Under the pieces are notes generated by a model. It saw only the letters and a program-made list of their open reading frames with translations. It was not told the origin of the DNA and did no database searches. A program made the translations under genes and the position numbers. From positions 608,001-672,000 of the forward strand of contig CBDATQ010000002.1 of assembly GCA_965199955.1 (NCBI GenBank): DNA of 64,000 nucleotides, given 5' to 3'. Positions 42,796 to 53,092 of this stretch are shown here, in pieces. The DNA is from Spirochaetia bacterium. GTDB taxonomy: Bacteria; Spirochaetota; Spirochaetia; SZUA-6; Bin103. The first letter of the stretch is position 1. The number at the start of each line of letters is the position of its first letter.

Positions 42796-43272
42796 ATGGC
42801 GGATATCGTGGACCGCGCAACTCGCTCGCGCATGATGGCGGGGATCGGAAGCAGGAACACGCGACCCGAACTCGCCCTTCGGCGAGCCATCCACGCCCGG
42901 GGACTTCGATTCCGTCTGCACGACCGGAGACTCCCCGGAACCCCGGATCTCGTGTTTCGCCGATTCGGCGCCGTGTGCCTGGTCCACGGGTGCTTCTGGC
43001 ACCGGCACGCCGGCTGTCGGTACGCGACGACACCATCCACGCGCCGGGGATTCTGGCGAGCCAAGTTCGATGCCAACGTCGAACGGGACCGCCGCAATCG
43101 AGACGACCTGTTCCTGGACGGTTGGCGAGTCGCGACGGTCTGGGAATGCGCCTTGCGCACGGAGGCTAACGTGGAGGTCGTCGCGCAGCAACTGGAACAC
43201 TGGCTGCGTGGAGACGCCCAGGAATACCACACCGACCCGCCCCCTTCACCACGAAGTACCAACTCGCGTTGA
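42796..43272 (+). CDS. vsr: Very short patch repair endonuclease
   Basis: RSRMMAGI..NTRPE, LPGTPD, VHGCFWHRH, WRVATVWEC. Confidence 0.95.
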   Translation: MADIVDRATRSRMMAGIGSRNTRPELALRRAIHARGLRFRLHDRRLPGTPDLVFRRFGAVCLVHGCFWHRHAGCRYATTPSTRRGFWRAKFDANVERDRRNRDDLFLDGWRVATVWECALRTEANVEVVAQQLEHWLRGDAQEYHTDPPPSPRSTNSR

Positions 43273-43304
43273 CGCGATCAGAACCGCACCGGATGAGCGT
43301 GGAG

Positions 43305-43751
43305 CGGTTCACTCCGGCAACGTGTCCAGCCCGACACCGACGGCCGCGTCGCGAAGCCGACGATCGAACGTGTCGAAGAGCGTATCCGACCGAGAACGGC
43401 GACCGTCTCCTTGCACGTAAGCGCAGTGGCAAGTTGAATCGCATCGTACGCCCGTAGCCCGTGGTCCCAAGCCAAGGGATCGGCACGCGCCACGAGCGCG
43501 TCAGTGACAGGCATTCTCCAGAAATCCGGCCACTCGTCCAGAAATCTGCGGTGTGCGCGCCGCCCACCATCGTCGTCAAGGACGCGACGACGCACGGCCT
43601 GCCGATCGCGGCCGCCACTTCTGTGCGTGTGACGAGCGACGTCACGACGGCGTCCGCCCTTGCGATCGCGGCGATGTCCTCGTCGGAACCCGTTTCCGCC
43701 ACGTAGCACTTTACGAGTGCGCTGGTGTCCAGGTATAGGCAAGGTCGTCAC
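43305..43751 (-). pseudogene. VapC/PIN toxin, multiply frameshifted
   Basis: YLDTSALVKCYVAE, TEVAAA, LRAYDAIQLATA and TFDRRLRDAA lie in changing frames. Confidence 0.85.
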
Positions 43752-44023
43752 CCGCGGTTCTCGATGGCAATCTCACTCACGCTGCCTGTGCCGCGCACGC
43801 GAACATCCGGTTTCGTCACGCGCAGCCGATGTCCGCTCCACAGGAACGCACCGGTCGCTCTCAACGCTGCGAGCCGCTCTTCGTTCGAGTCCGTCTCGGG
43901 CACTATGCGTGCCACTTGACGCCCGTGGTCGGTGACTACAACAGTGACCCCGCCCTGCACGTCCCGGATGTACTCACTCAGCCTGGACTCTAGATCGCGA
44001 ATGCCGACACGTCGTTCTCGCAT
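43748..44023 (-). CDS. Phd/YefM-family antitoxin
   Basis: VGIRDLESRLSEYIRDV..VVVTDHGRQVARIVP; GTGA overlap with the toxin gene. Confidence 0.9.
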   Translation of the reverse strand: MRERRVGIRDLESRLSEYIRDVQGGVTVVVTDHGRQVARIVPETDSNEERLAALRATGAFLWSGHRLRVTKPDVRVRGTGSVSEIAIENRG

Positions 44024-44297
44024 GTTCAGACCATCTGGCTGGCGTGCTTGTTCACGCGCGTTCTCGTCCCAGCTGACGCCACGACCATCGACGAGGATCA
44101 TATTTCCGATTCTCGCGCCCGCATCGTCGAGTCGCCGCATCGGTCAGGCCATGATCCGGGGTCAGTGGCGTGCACGTCGATCGCGCATCCGGATTGGCCG
44201 GCCAACCCCCTCGTCGGATGGGCCAGAACGGGCTCATTCCGGCACCCTCCGAGCCGGCCACGTCCCGCCCGTGGAGATCATCGGGCATAGTACACAA

Positions 44298-44988
44298 GTG
44301 GACATTATCGGCAAGCGCCTCCACGAGACCCGCAAGCTCGAGATCTCACCCAGTTGCAGCTCGCGCACCGCGTCGGCATCGAGCGGCACCTGGTCTCATG
44401 GTCGAGAACGGCAAGTCCGGCCTGTCGCCGGCCAACCTGTCGGCCGCCGCACAGGCTCTGCGCGTCTCCGTCGACTACCTGTTCGGGCTCACCGACGATC
44501 CCACGCCAGCCGCCCAGCTCGCCTCGCGGGTCCGGGCGCTCGAAGATGACAGCGCCCGCGCCGGGGCGCTCGACGAGGGCGACTTCGTCGGCGTCCGGGA
44601 GGTCGCCACCGCCGCGGGCGGCGGAGCCGAGGTCGACCTCGAACGGGTCATCGGCCACATCAAGTTCCGCCGGGCGTGGCTCTCAAGCCACGGCCTCGCC
44701 GCCAGCGACTGCCGCATCATCCAGGTGCTCGGCGAGTCGATGGAGCCCACCTTGGTCGACGGCTGCTCGATCCTCGTCAACCACGCTAGCCGAAGGCGAC
44801 GCGAAGGCGGCATCTACGTTGTCCGCACCGCCGACGGCCTGATCGTCAAGCGCGCAGGCAAGGAAGCGGACGGGAGCTGGCAGCTCGTCAGCGACAACCC
44901 CGACAAGCGCGCTTGGCCGACGCAGCCTTGGCCCGACGACGCGGCCGTGCTCGGCGAGGTCCGCTGGACCGCGCGGACGTTTCTGTGA
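44298..44988 (+). pseudogene. CI/LexA-like repressor (XRE HTH + S24 peptidase), HTH frameshifted
   Basis: IGKRLHETRK / LTQLQLAHRVGI / MVENGK..LRVSVDYL in three frames; GESMEPTL and VKR S24 motifs intact. Confidence 0.82.
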
Positions 44989-44999
44989 GGAGAGAGTCC

Positions 45000-45368
45000 A
45001 TGGAACCGATCGTCAGTGAGATCGAAGGCGTCCGGCCCGATGCTGCGGAAAGGGCGCTGGCCGTGCCGGTGGCGAACCTCCGGCAGGACGGGGAGCGGGG
45101 AGCATCGAAGGCCGGCGCCGGCAAGCCGGCCGCCCGCCGCCGCGCGCGGGTCGCCGAAGGCATCTACAAGGACCGGCACGGGCTGGCCGCCACCGTCAAG
45201 GTCAACGGCGTGCATCGCGAGGTCCGCTTCCCGCCCGGCACCGCTTCCGGCGCGCTGGCCCTGATGCGGCGCCGCAAGCCGTTCGTGTTTGACGGCACGC
45301 AGGTCACGGTGGAGGAGGCCAAGAGGCTGTGGGCGGAGGAGAAAGCGCGGGAGAAGCAATCCCGCTGA
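45000..45368 (+). CDS. Hypothetical, possibly chimeric; the middle resembles a phage integrase N-terminal arm
   Basis: 122-aa ORF with GAGGAG RBS; RVAEGIYKDRHGLAATVKVNG..REVRFPPGT; no catalytic domain. Confidence 0.4.
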   Translation: MEPIVSEIEGVRPDAAERALAVPVANLRQDGERGASKAGAGKPAARRRARVAEGIYKDRHGLAATVKVNGVHREVRFPPGTASGALALMRRRKPFVFDGTQVTVEEAKRLWAEEKAREKQSR

Positions 45369-45405
45369 CCGTCGCCCGGGCCTGCCGGCCGTGCTACGGT
45401 GCGGC

Positions 45406-46698
45406 ATGTCTCAAGCGGAGCTACTGAAGCGTGCCGGGCGCATCTTCGTCGGCGGCACCATGGGAGAGTTTCACCTGCCGGAGGACGCCTCCATGGTGTT
45501 CGTTCGTGCGCAGGGCAGCAAGCTCTACGACGCGGACGGGCGCGAGTACGTCGACTTCCTGAACGGCAGCGGGCCGATGATCCTCGGCCACTGCCACCCG
45601 GCGGTGGTGGCCGCGGTGACCGAGCAAGTGCAGCGCGGCACCACCTACTTCGGCGTCAACCGGAAGGTCATCGAGCTGGGCGAGCGCATCGTCGATGCCT
45701 CGCCATGCGGGGAGAAGATCCGTTTCGTGGCCACCGGCTCCGACGCCGTCACTTTCGCCGTGCGCATGGCGCGCGCCTTCACCGGGCGCAGGCGTGTCCT
45801 GCGCTTCGAGGGCGGCTGGCATGGCGTCAGCGACTTCGCCCTGCACGGCGCCAAGCCGCTTGCGCCCAGCGCGTATCCGCGCGCCACGCCGGACGCCGCC
45901 GGCCTGCCGAAGGCGATGCCCGACGACCTGCTGCTGTCGCCGTTCAACGACCCGGAGATGGCGCGCCAGCTGATCGAGCGGCACGCCGAAGACCTGGCCG
46001 CGGTCTGCGTGGAGCCGCTGCAGCGCTGCATCCGCCCCAAGCCGCCCTTCCTCGAGACCCTGCGCGAGCTCACCGCCAGACACGGCATCATGCTCATCTT
46101 CGACGAGGTGGTGACCGGCTTCCGCATCGCCTGGGGCGGCGCGCAGGAGCGCTACGGCGTGGTGCCGGACCTGGCCGCCTACGGCAAGACGATCTCCGGC
46201 GGCCATCCCAACGCCGCGGTCTGCGGCCGCGCCGACGTGCTGGAGACCGTCAATCCGTGGCGGGCGCTCGACGACCCGCAGCGCACCTTCGTCTCCGGGA
46301 CCTTCAACGGCAACCCGCTCTCGGCCGCGGCCGGCCTGGCCACGCTGAACGTGCTGGCCGAGCCCGGCACCTACGAGCGGCTCGACGCGATAGCCGACCG
46401 CATCCGTGCCGAGGTCGTTTCGATGGGGCGCGAGTTCTCCATCCCCCTGCTGGTCGGCGGCGACGGGCCGGTGCTACAGGTGCTGTTCACGGAGGCGGAC
46501 GAGATCGTCAACTACGAGAGCATGCTGTACGCCGACAAGGAGCGTGCGTTCCGCTTCGGCGTCGGCATGATCAGGCGAGGCTTCTTCGTCAGCCCGTACG
46601 AGAAGATCTACCTGTCGACGGCCCACACCGACGAGGACCTGGACCGGGCGCTCACGGCCATGCGGGAGGTGCTGAAGGAGCTGCCTGCGGCGGCATGA
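45406..46698 (+). CDS. Class III PLP aminotransferase (glutamate-1-semialdehyde aminomutase-like)
   Basis: DADGREYVD, GPMILGH, FDEVVTGFR, GKTISGG, SGTFNGNP. Confidence 0.93.
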   Translation: MSQAELLKRAGRIFVGGTMGEFHLPEDASMVFVRAQGSKLYDADGREYVDFLNGSGPMILGHCHPAVVAAVTEQVQRGTTYFGVNRKVIELGERIVDASPCGEKIRFVATGSDAVTFAVRMARAFTGRRRVLRFEGGWHGVSDFALHGAKPLAPSAYPRATPDAAGLPKAMPDDLLLSPFNDPEMARQLIERHAEDLAAVCVEPLQRCIRPKPPFLETLRELTARHGIMLIFDEVVTGFRIAWGGAQERYGVVPDLAAYGKTISGGHPNAAVCGRADVLETVNPWRALDDPQRTFVSGTFNGNPLSAAAGLATLNVLAEPGTYERLDAIADRIRAEVVSMGREFSIPLLVGGDGPVLQVLFTEADEIVNYESMLYADKERAFRFGVGMIRRGFFVSPYEKIYLSTAHTDEDLDRALTAMREVLKELPAAA

Positions 46699-46730
46699 AG
46701 GCGGTCGTCAAGACGCGCCCGGAGCCGGGC
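46695..46730 (+). pseudogene. First 12 codons of a Zn-dependent dehydrogenase
   Basis: MKAVVKTRPEPG, translationally coupled (ATGA) to the aminotransferase; typical MDR/Tdh N-terminus. Confidence 0.55.
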
Positions 46731-47191
46731 ACCACCAGCAGGCCGCCGTCGCCCGGGTGGACGTCGCTGAGGTACGGGAACACCACGGTGTGGTCGCAGA
46801 AGATGCGGGCGTCCCGTACCTCGTAGCGGATCGCGTCCCAGCCGAAGTCGTCGCGGGCGCAGTGCAGCCGCATGGCCTCTGATGCGCCTTCCGAGGCGTC
46901 GTCGACCTGCAGCGTCCCGCTGGCCAGCCGCGGGCGCCCGCGCGTCAGCTCCGTGACGATGGGCCAAGTCGACGGATGGAGGGCCAGCCGCTCCAGCGCT
47001 GGGTCGAACGCGAAGCCGTTCAGGTAGCGCTTGCCGTCGACGCGGAAGCCGTCCGGCAACTGCTCGGGAGGGGTGGCTACGTAGCGCTCGGCCGCCGCCC
47101 GCGCCGCGGCCAACTCCTCGGCGGAGAGCTCGTTCCTCACGAGCAGATAGCCGTGCAGGTCGAACAGGTAGCGCTGCTCGGGCGTCATCAT
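46721..47191 (-). pseudogene. PhyH-family dioxygenase, 3'-truncated
   Basis: EQRYLFDLHGYL, YLSDVHPGDGGLLVVPGS, then homology stops before the distal His. Confidence 0.82.
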
Positions 47192-47257
47192 GGCGATCGT
47201 TCCTCCGGCACTAGCCGGTGGGCCGCCGGCGGCGCCGTCGCGACCCCTATGGAGGTG

Positions 47258-48109
47258 CTAACCGGCCGCGGCGGTGAGCGCGCGGCGCACGAACACCTTG
47301 GCCAGGTGGCGCCGGTAGTCCTCGTCCGCGAACATGTCGGAGAGCAGCTCCCGTCCGTCGGCCGCCTTGGCCGATGCCGCCTCGATCGTGGCGGCATCGA
47401 GCGTCGCCCCTTGCAGGGCGGCCTCCACGCCAGCGTCCCGGAACGCGGCGGCGGCGACGCCGTTGAGCGCCACGCGCGCGCTCGTGCAGCGGCCGCCGTC
47501 GGTGGCGACCGCCACGGCCGCCCCGCACACCGCGAACCGTGAGGCGGGGTGCGGGAACTTCTGGTAGCTCGATCCGGCGCCGCCCTGGTCGGGCACCTCC
47601 ACGGCGGTGACGATCTCGCCTTCCTCCAGCGCGGTGGCGTACAGATCGACGAAGAAGTCGGCCGCGGCGATCTGCCGGCTGCCACTTGAGCCGCGCACGT
47701 GGATAACGGCGTCGGACGCCAACAGCGCGGCCGGGTAGTCGGCCGCCGGGTCGGCGTGCGCGACGCTGCCGCCGATGGTGCCCTTGTTGCGTACCTGCAC
47801 GTCGCCGATGACGGCGGCGGCCGCGGCGACCAGCGGCGCCCGCGCTCCGACCAGGTCGCAGCCGGTGATCCGCTCATGGGTGGCAGCGGCGCCGATGCAC
47901 ACGCCGCCACCGCTCTCCTTGATGGCGGACAGCTCGTCGATGCGGCTGATGTCGATCAGGGTGCCGGGCCGGTCGAGCCGCAGCTTCATGGCCGGCAGCA
48001 GGCTGTGTCCGCCGGCGAGCAGGCGGGCGTCGCCGTCGGCTTCGCCCAGCAGCTGCAGCGCCTCGTCGACCGATCCTGCGCGTCGATACGCGAATGTCGC
48101 GGGAATCAC
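47258..48109 (-). CDS. coxM: Molybdo-hydroxylase FAD subunit (CoxM/CutM-like)
   Basis: LAGGHSL, VRNKGTIGGS.AHADPAAD, SYQKFPHPASRFA; GTG 48109. Confidence 0.88.
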   Translation of the reverse strand: MIPATFAYRRAGSVDEALQLLGEADGDARLLAGGHSLLPAMKLRLDRPGTLIDISRIDELSAIKESGGGVCIGAAATHERITGCDLVGARAPLVAAAAAVIGDVQVRNKGTIGGSVAHADPAADYPAALLASDAVIHVRGSSGSRQIAAADFFVDLYATALEEGEIVTAVEVPDQGGAGSSYQKFPHPASRFAVCGAAVAVATDGGRCTSARVALNGVAAAAFRDAGVEAALQGATLDAATIEAASAKAADGRELLSDMFADEDYRRHLAKVFVRRALTAAAG

Positions 48110-50484
48110 GTGGTACCTCCGTTGGCGTTCATGGCGCGCCAGACCCGTTGCGGGGTGAGCGGCATCTGCAGGTCCCGAACGCCCAGATGCCAGAGTGCGT
48201 CGACGGCGGCGTTCACGACCGCCGGCGTGGAGCCGATCGTGCCGGTCTCGCCGGCGCCCTTGACGCCGAGCGGATTGATCGGACATCGCGTCTCGGTGCG
48301 GTCCACCTCGTACGAGGGAACGTCGTCGGCCCTCGGCATCGCGTAGTCCATGTAGGAGCCGGTCAGCAACTGGCCGGCGTCGTCGTAGGCGGCGCCCTCC
48401 AACAGCGCCTGGCCGACGCCCTGGGTGATGCCGCCGTGCACCTGACCGTCGACGATCAGCGGGTTGATCACCCGGCCGACGTCATCGACCGCCACGAAGC
48501 GCTTGAGCTTCACCTGGCCGGTGTCGGCATCGACCTTGACGACGGCGATGTGCGTCCCGAACGGGAAGGTGAAGTTCTCGGGGTCGAAGAACGAGGTGAA
48601 CTCCAGCCCCGGCTCCACGCCGTCCGGATAGTTGTGCACGGTGTAGGCCTGCGCGGCCACCTCCTGGAAGCTCATGCCGCGGTCGGTGCCGCGCACCTTC
48701 CAGCCGCCGTCCACATACTCCAGGTCCTCGGGCGACGCCTCGATCAGGTGGGCGGCGATCTGCGCCCCCTTCTCCTTGATCTTGCCCAGGCTCACGTGGA
48801 TGGCGCTGCCGCCCACGGCGATACTGCGCGAGCCGGCGGTGCCGTTGCCCATCGGGATCATGTCGGTGTCGCCGTGCACGATCTCGACGTCCTCCATGGG
48901 GACGCCCAGCTCGTCGGCGACCACCTGCGCGAAGGTGGTGACGTGGCCCTGTCCGTGCGAGTGGGTGCCGGTGAACACCGTCACCTTGCCCGAGGGCTGC
49001 ACGCGCACGGTCGAGCTCTCGTAGAAGCCGCCGCGCGCGCCGAGGGCGCCGGCGACCTTGGACGGCGCCACGCCGCACGCCTCGATGTAGCTGGAGAAGC
49101 CGACGCCGAGCAGTTTTCCTTCGGTCCGCGCGGCCGTCTGCCTTGCGCGGAACGCCGGCAGGTCGAACACCTCCAGCGCCCGGTCCATGGCCCCGCCGTA
49201 GTTACCGCTGTCGTAGACCATCGCCACCTGCGTCTCGTAGCCGGGCTCGGTGACGCCGTCGAACGGCGGTATGAAATTCCTGCGGCGGATCTCCGCGGGG
49301 TCGACGCCGGTCTCATGAGCGGCGGTGTCGACCAGCCGCTCCAGCAGGTAGGTCGCCTCCGGCCGGCCGGCGCCGCGGTAGGCGTCCACCGGGGTGGTGT
49401 TGGTGAAGGCCGCGGTGACCTCGACGTGGACGGCCGGCGTCGTGTACTGGCCCTGCAGCAGCGTCCCGTACAGGTAGGTCGGGATCGCAGACGCCACCAG
49501 CGACAGGTATGCGCCCATGTTCGCCTGCGTGCGCACCCGCAACCCCGTGAACTTCCCCTCGGCATCGAGCGCCAGGTCGGCCGTGGTGACGTGGTCGCGT
49601 CCGTGCGCGTCGGTCATGAAGCTCTCGGTGCGGGAGGCCGTCCACTTCACCGGCCGGCCGATCCTGCGGGCGGCCCAGGTAACGGCCGCCTCTTCCGGGT
49701 AGTGGAAGATCTTGCTGCCGAAGCCGCCGCCGACATCCGGGCCGACCACGCGCAGCTTGTGCTCGGGAAGCCCCAGCACGCCGCCCATGACCGCGCGGAT
49801 CGTGTGCGGGTTCTGCGTCGACGTGTACAGCGTGGAGCGGCCCGAGGCCGCATCGAAGTCGGCCAGCGTAGCCCGCGGTTCGATGGCGTTGGGGATGAGC
49901 CGCTGGTTGATGAACTCCAGGGTGGTGAGATGGGCGGCGTTCGCGCAGGCCGCGTCGGTGGCCTCGCGGTCGCCAAGGTCCCAGATGAAGGCGAGGTTGC
50001 CCTGCGCCTCCGCGTGGATCTGCGTCGCCCCTTCGGCGATCGCCTCCGGAACGGACGCCACGGCCGGCAGCTCGCGGTAGCTCACGTCGACCAGCTCGGC
50101 GGCGTCCTGCGCCTGCTCCAGGGTCTCGGCGATCACGCAGGCGACTCCGTCGCCGACGTAGCGCACCGTGTCGGAAGCCAGCACCGGGTGCGGCGGCTCG
50201 TTCATGGGCTCGCCGGTGTTGAAGTCGACCTGCCACGCGCACGGCAGGCCGCCGAGGCCGTCAGCTTCCACGTCCGCGCCCGTGAGCACCGCGACCACGC
50301 CCGGGGCCGCGGATGCCGCTGCCGTGTCGACGCCTTCGATCGCGGCATGCGCGTGCGGGCTGCGCACGAACGCGCAGTACGTCATGCCGGGAAGCTGTAT
50401 GTCGTCCGTGTAGCGGCCGGCGCCGGTGATGAACTTCTGGTCCTCGACGCGCCGGACCGGTTTGCCGATCTGTGCCGTAGCCAT
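48106..50484 (-). CDS. coxL: Molybdopterin large subunit, form II CoxL-like / xanthine dehydrogenase family
   Basis: RVED.KFITG.GRYTDD, GGGFGSK, AYRGAGR, HGQGH, KGAGE. Confidence 0.88.
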   Translation of the reverse strand: MATAQIGKPVRRVEDQKFITGAGRYTDDIQLPGMTYCAFVRSPHAHAAIEGVDTAAASAAPGVVAVLTGADVEADGLGGLPCAWQVDFNTGEPMNEPPHPVLASDTVRYVGDGVACVIAETLEQAQDAAELVDVSYRELPAVASVPEAIAEGATQIHAEAQGNLAFIWDLGDREATDAACANAAHLTTLEFINQRLIPNAIEPRATLADFDAASGRSTLYTSTQNPHTIRAVMGGVLGLPEHKLRVVGPDVGGGFGSKIFHYPEEAAVTWAARRIGRPVKWTASRTESFMTDAHGRDHVTTADLALDAEGKFTGLRVRTQANMGAYLSLVASAIPTYLYGTLLQGQYTTPAVHVEVTAAFTNTTPVDAYRGAGRPEATYLLERLVDTAAHETGVDPAEIRRRNFIPPFDGVTEPGYETQVAMVYDSGNYGGAMDRALEVFDLPAFRARQTAARTEGKLLGVGFSSYIEACGVAPSKVAGALGARGGFYESSTVRVQPSGKVTVFTGTHSHGQGHVTTFAQVVADELGVPMEDVEIVHGDTDMIPMGNGTAGSRSIAVGGSAIHVSLGKIKEKGAQIAAHLIEASPEDLEYVDGGWKVRGTDRGMSFQEVAAQAYTVHNYPDGVEPGLEFTSFFDPENFTFPFGTHIAVVKVDADTGQVKLKRFVAVDDVGRVINPLIVDGQVHGGITQGVGQALLEGAAYDDAGQLLTGSYMDYAMPRADDVPSYEVDRTETRCPINPLGVKGAGETGTIGSTPAVVNAAVDALWHLGVRDLQMPLTPQRVWRAMNANGGTT

Positions 50485-50493
50485 GACCGCCTC

Positions 50494-50961
<468 letters not shown>

Positions 50962-51180
50962 CGCGTTTACTCCCTCACTCCGGTGGCGTGCCCGGAGTCG
51001 GAGTCCGGAAGCCGGTACGCTCACCTGCCGTCAATGATCGTCCGCAAACGCGCGGCGTCAAGTAGTCTAGGAACATCCGGGATCGGCGGAGTCATTTTCG
51101 GGCAGTTATGGAGGTCGCGAGATCCAACCGGAGGATGCGGAACCAACCCATCTTCGGACACCGAGGCGGCGAAGGGAGGA

Positions 51181-51222
51181 GAATATATCTTATAATATAA
51201 TGTTAATGAAGATTAATTAACA
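51181..51222. promoter_or_regulatory. AT-rich patch with inverted repeat upstream of coxSLM
   Basis: 36/42 A+T; TGTTAAT-N8-ATTAACA at 51201-51222; TATAAT at 51191. Confidence 0.4.
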
Positions 51223-51410
51223 GACAGCATTGAGACGCTTCGCGTCCGGCGCGAGCGGGTTGGGCGGGACCTGAGTCGCCTGGAGTTCGGGTGGCGATCG
51301 ACGGCTGACGATGTTGCGCGGCGCGTCCACGACGCTCAGGACCGTTCGGCAGCCGTGTCCCGGTGCCGCGGCCACGAGCCTGCGGCCCGAGTTCGCCGCG
51401 TCAGGGCGAC

Positions 51411-52949
51411 TCAGTACGAGCGGGCGAACACCACCTCGGCTGCGCCGCGCGCGCCCGTGAAGGCACACGTCCGGCCGGCCGGTGAAGTCGCCCCGTTGTC
51501 GCCTTCGGAGCTCAGGATGCAGCGCGGGGTGATCTTCAGCCGCTTCAGCAGCTCCTGGAACCCAGGGTCCTCCTCGGCTTCGGCAGCCATCGGGGCGACG
51601 GCGAAGCCCGACCGCTCCTCGTCCTGGAAGTACTCCCGCAACGATCCCAGATCCTCGACCTGCTCCGTGTGGGCCTCGCGGAACGCGCGCGCGCGCTCCA
51701 GCAGCTCGTCCTGAATCTGGCAGAGCACCACGGGCGCTTCGGCGGCGAAGCGCTCGCGCGGCAGCGACTGCCGCTCGCGCGGCGGCTGATCGCGGCGCGC
51801 CACCGACACCACCCCGGCGTCCAGGTCACGCGGGCCGATCTCGACCCGGATCGGCACGCCCCGCTTGACGTGGTGCCAGTTCTTCTCGCCGCCGCGCAGG
51901 TCGCGGTCGTCGATCTCCACGCGCAGCGGTTCATCGGCATAGCGCGCATCCGTCAGCTCGCGCTTCAGCGCGTCGCAGGCGCCCAGCACCGCGGTGCGCT
52001 GCACGGAATCCTTGTAGATTGGCAGGATGACCACCTGCTGCGGCGCCAGGCGCGGCGGCAGCACCACGCCGTCGTCGTCGCCGTGCGTCATGATCAGGCC
52101 GCCGACCAGCCGCGTGGACACCCCCCACGAGGTGGTCCAGGCGTGCACCAGGGAGCCGTCGCGGTCGCTGAAGCTGATGTCGCAGGCCTTGGCGAAGTTC
52201 TGCCCCAGGAAGTGGGAGGTGCCGGCCTGCAGGGCCTTGCGGTCCTGCATCATCGCCTCGATGGCGTAGGTGTTGACCGCGCCGGGGAAGCGCTCCCCCG
52301 CGGTCTTCTCGCCGCGCAGCACCGGCATCGCCATGTACTGCTCGGCGAAATCCGCGTACACGCCGAGCATGAGCAGGGTTTCTTCGACTGCCTCCTCCGC
52401 GGTCGCATGGACGGTGTGCCCTTCCTGCCACAGGAACTCGGCGGTGCGCAGGAACAGCCGAGGGCGCAGCTCCCAGCGCACGACGTTCGCCCATTGGTTG
52501 ATCAGGATCGGCAGGTCCCGGTAGGACTGCACCCACTTGGCGTACATCTCGCCGATGATCGTCTCGCTGGTGGGCCGCACCACGTACGGCTCGTCCAGCT
52601 CGCCCGCCGGCACCAGCCCGCCTTCCGGTCCCGGCTCCAGCCGATGGTGGGTCACCACCGCGCACTCCTTGGCGAACCCCTCGATGTGCTCGGCCTCCCG
52701 CTCCAGGTAGCGCAGCGGGATGAACAGCGGGAAGTAGGCATTGGTGTGGCCGGTGTCCTTGAACATGCCGTCGAGCACGCGCTGCATGTTCTCCCACAGC
52801 GCGTAGCCCCACGGCTTGATCACCATGCAGCCGCGCACCGGCGACAATTCCGCCAGGTCGGCGGCGCGCACCACCTGCTGATACCACTCCGCGTAGTTCT
52901 CGTCGCGAGTCGGCGAGATCGCCGTCCGCGTGGATCGTCCCTTTGCCAT
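51411..52949 (-). CDS. proS: Proline--tRNA ligase (archaeal/eukaryote-like type)
   Basis: WYQQVV, RPTSET, FLRTAEFLWQEGHT, QAGTSHFLGQNF, SWGVSTR, C-terminal FARSY; no editing insertion. Confidence 0.97.
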   Translation of the reverse strand: MAKGRSTRTAISPTRDENYAEWYQQVVRAADLAELSPVRGCMVIKPWGYALWENMQRVLDGMFKDTGHTNAYFPLFIPLRYLEREAEHIEGFAKECAVVTHHRLEPGPEGGLVPAGELDEPYVVRPTSETIIGEMYAKWVQSYRDLPILINQWANVVRWELRPRLFLRTAEFLWQEGHTVHATAEEAVEETLLMLGVYADFAEQYMAMPVLRGEKTAGERFPGAVNTYAIEAMMQDRKALQAGTSHFLGQNFAKACDISFSDRDGSLVHAWTTSWGVSTRLVGGLIMTHGDDDGVVLPPRLAPQQVVILPIYKDSVQRTAVLGACDALKRELTDARYADEPLRVEIDDRDLRGGEKNWHHVKRGVPIRVEIGPRDLDAGVVSVARRDQPPRERQSLPRERFAAEAPVVLCQIQDELLERARAFREAHTEQVEDLGSLREYFQDEERSGFAVAPMAAEAEEDPGFQELLKRLKITPRCILSSEGDNGATSPAGRTCAFTGARGAAEVVFARSY

Positions 52950-53092
52950 GATTCGTGTGGGTCGGAGTCTGTCGAACTTGCCGCGTGAGCGGCAAGGACC
53001 GACAGCCGCCGAGCCGAAAGCAAGGTGGGGCCGATACGCGCGGGTATTGGGGCGGCTGGAAGAAAGATGCTGCACCGGCGATGCTGTCGCCG

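Noticed and set aside
41220..43262. 680-aa full-length AIPR ORF
   Set aside because: The first ~220 codons are antisense to vsr or spacer, not AIPR
45406..46698. Calling it hemL
   Set aside because: GSAM-like, but in an accessory context and lacking typical HemL N-terminal PGGVNSP; symbol withheld
48106..50484. Bona fide aerobic CO dehydrogenase
   Set aside because: Form II motif and gene order; no Cu-ligating Cys motif
51181..51222. Replication origin
   Set aside because: No DnaA boxes or iterons seen and no rep/dnaA nearby
51271..51414. MITE bounded by CTGAGTCGCC/GGCGACTCAG
   Set aside because: Only 10 bp, overlaps the proS stop, no TSD and no second copy seen
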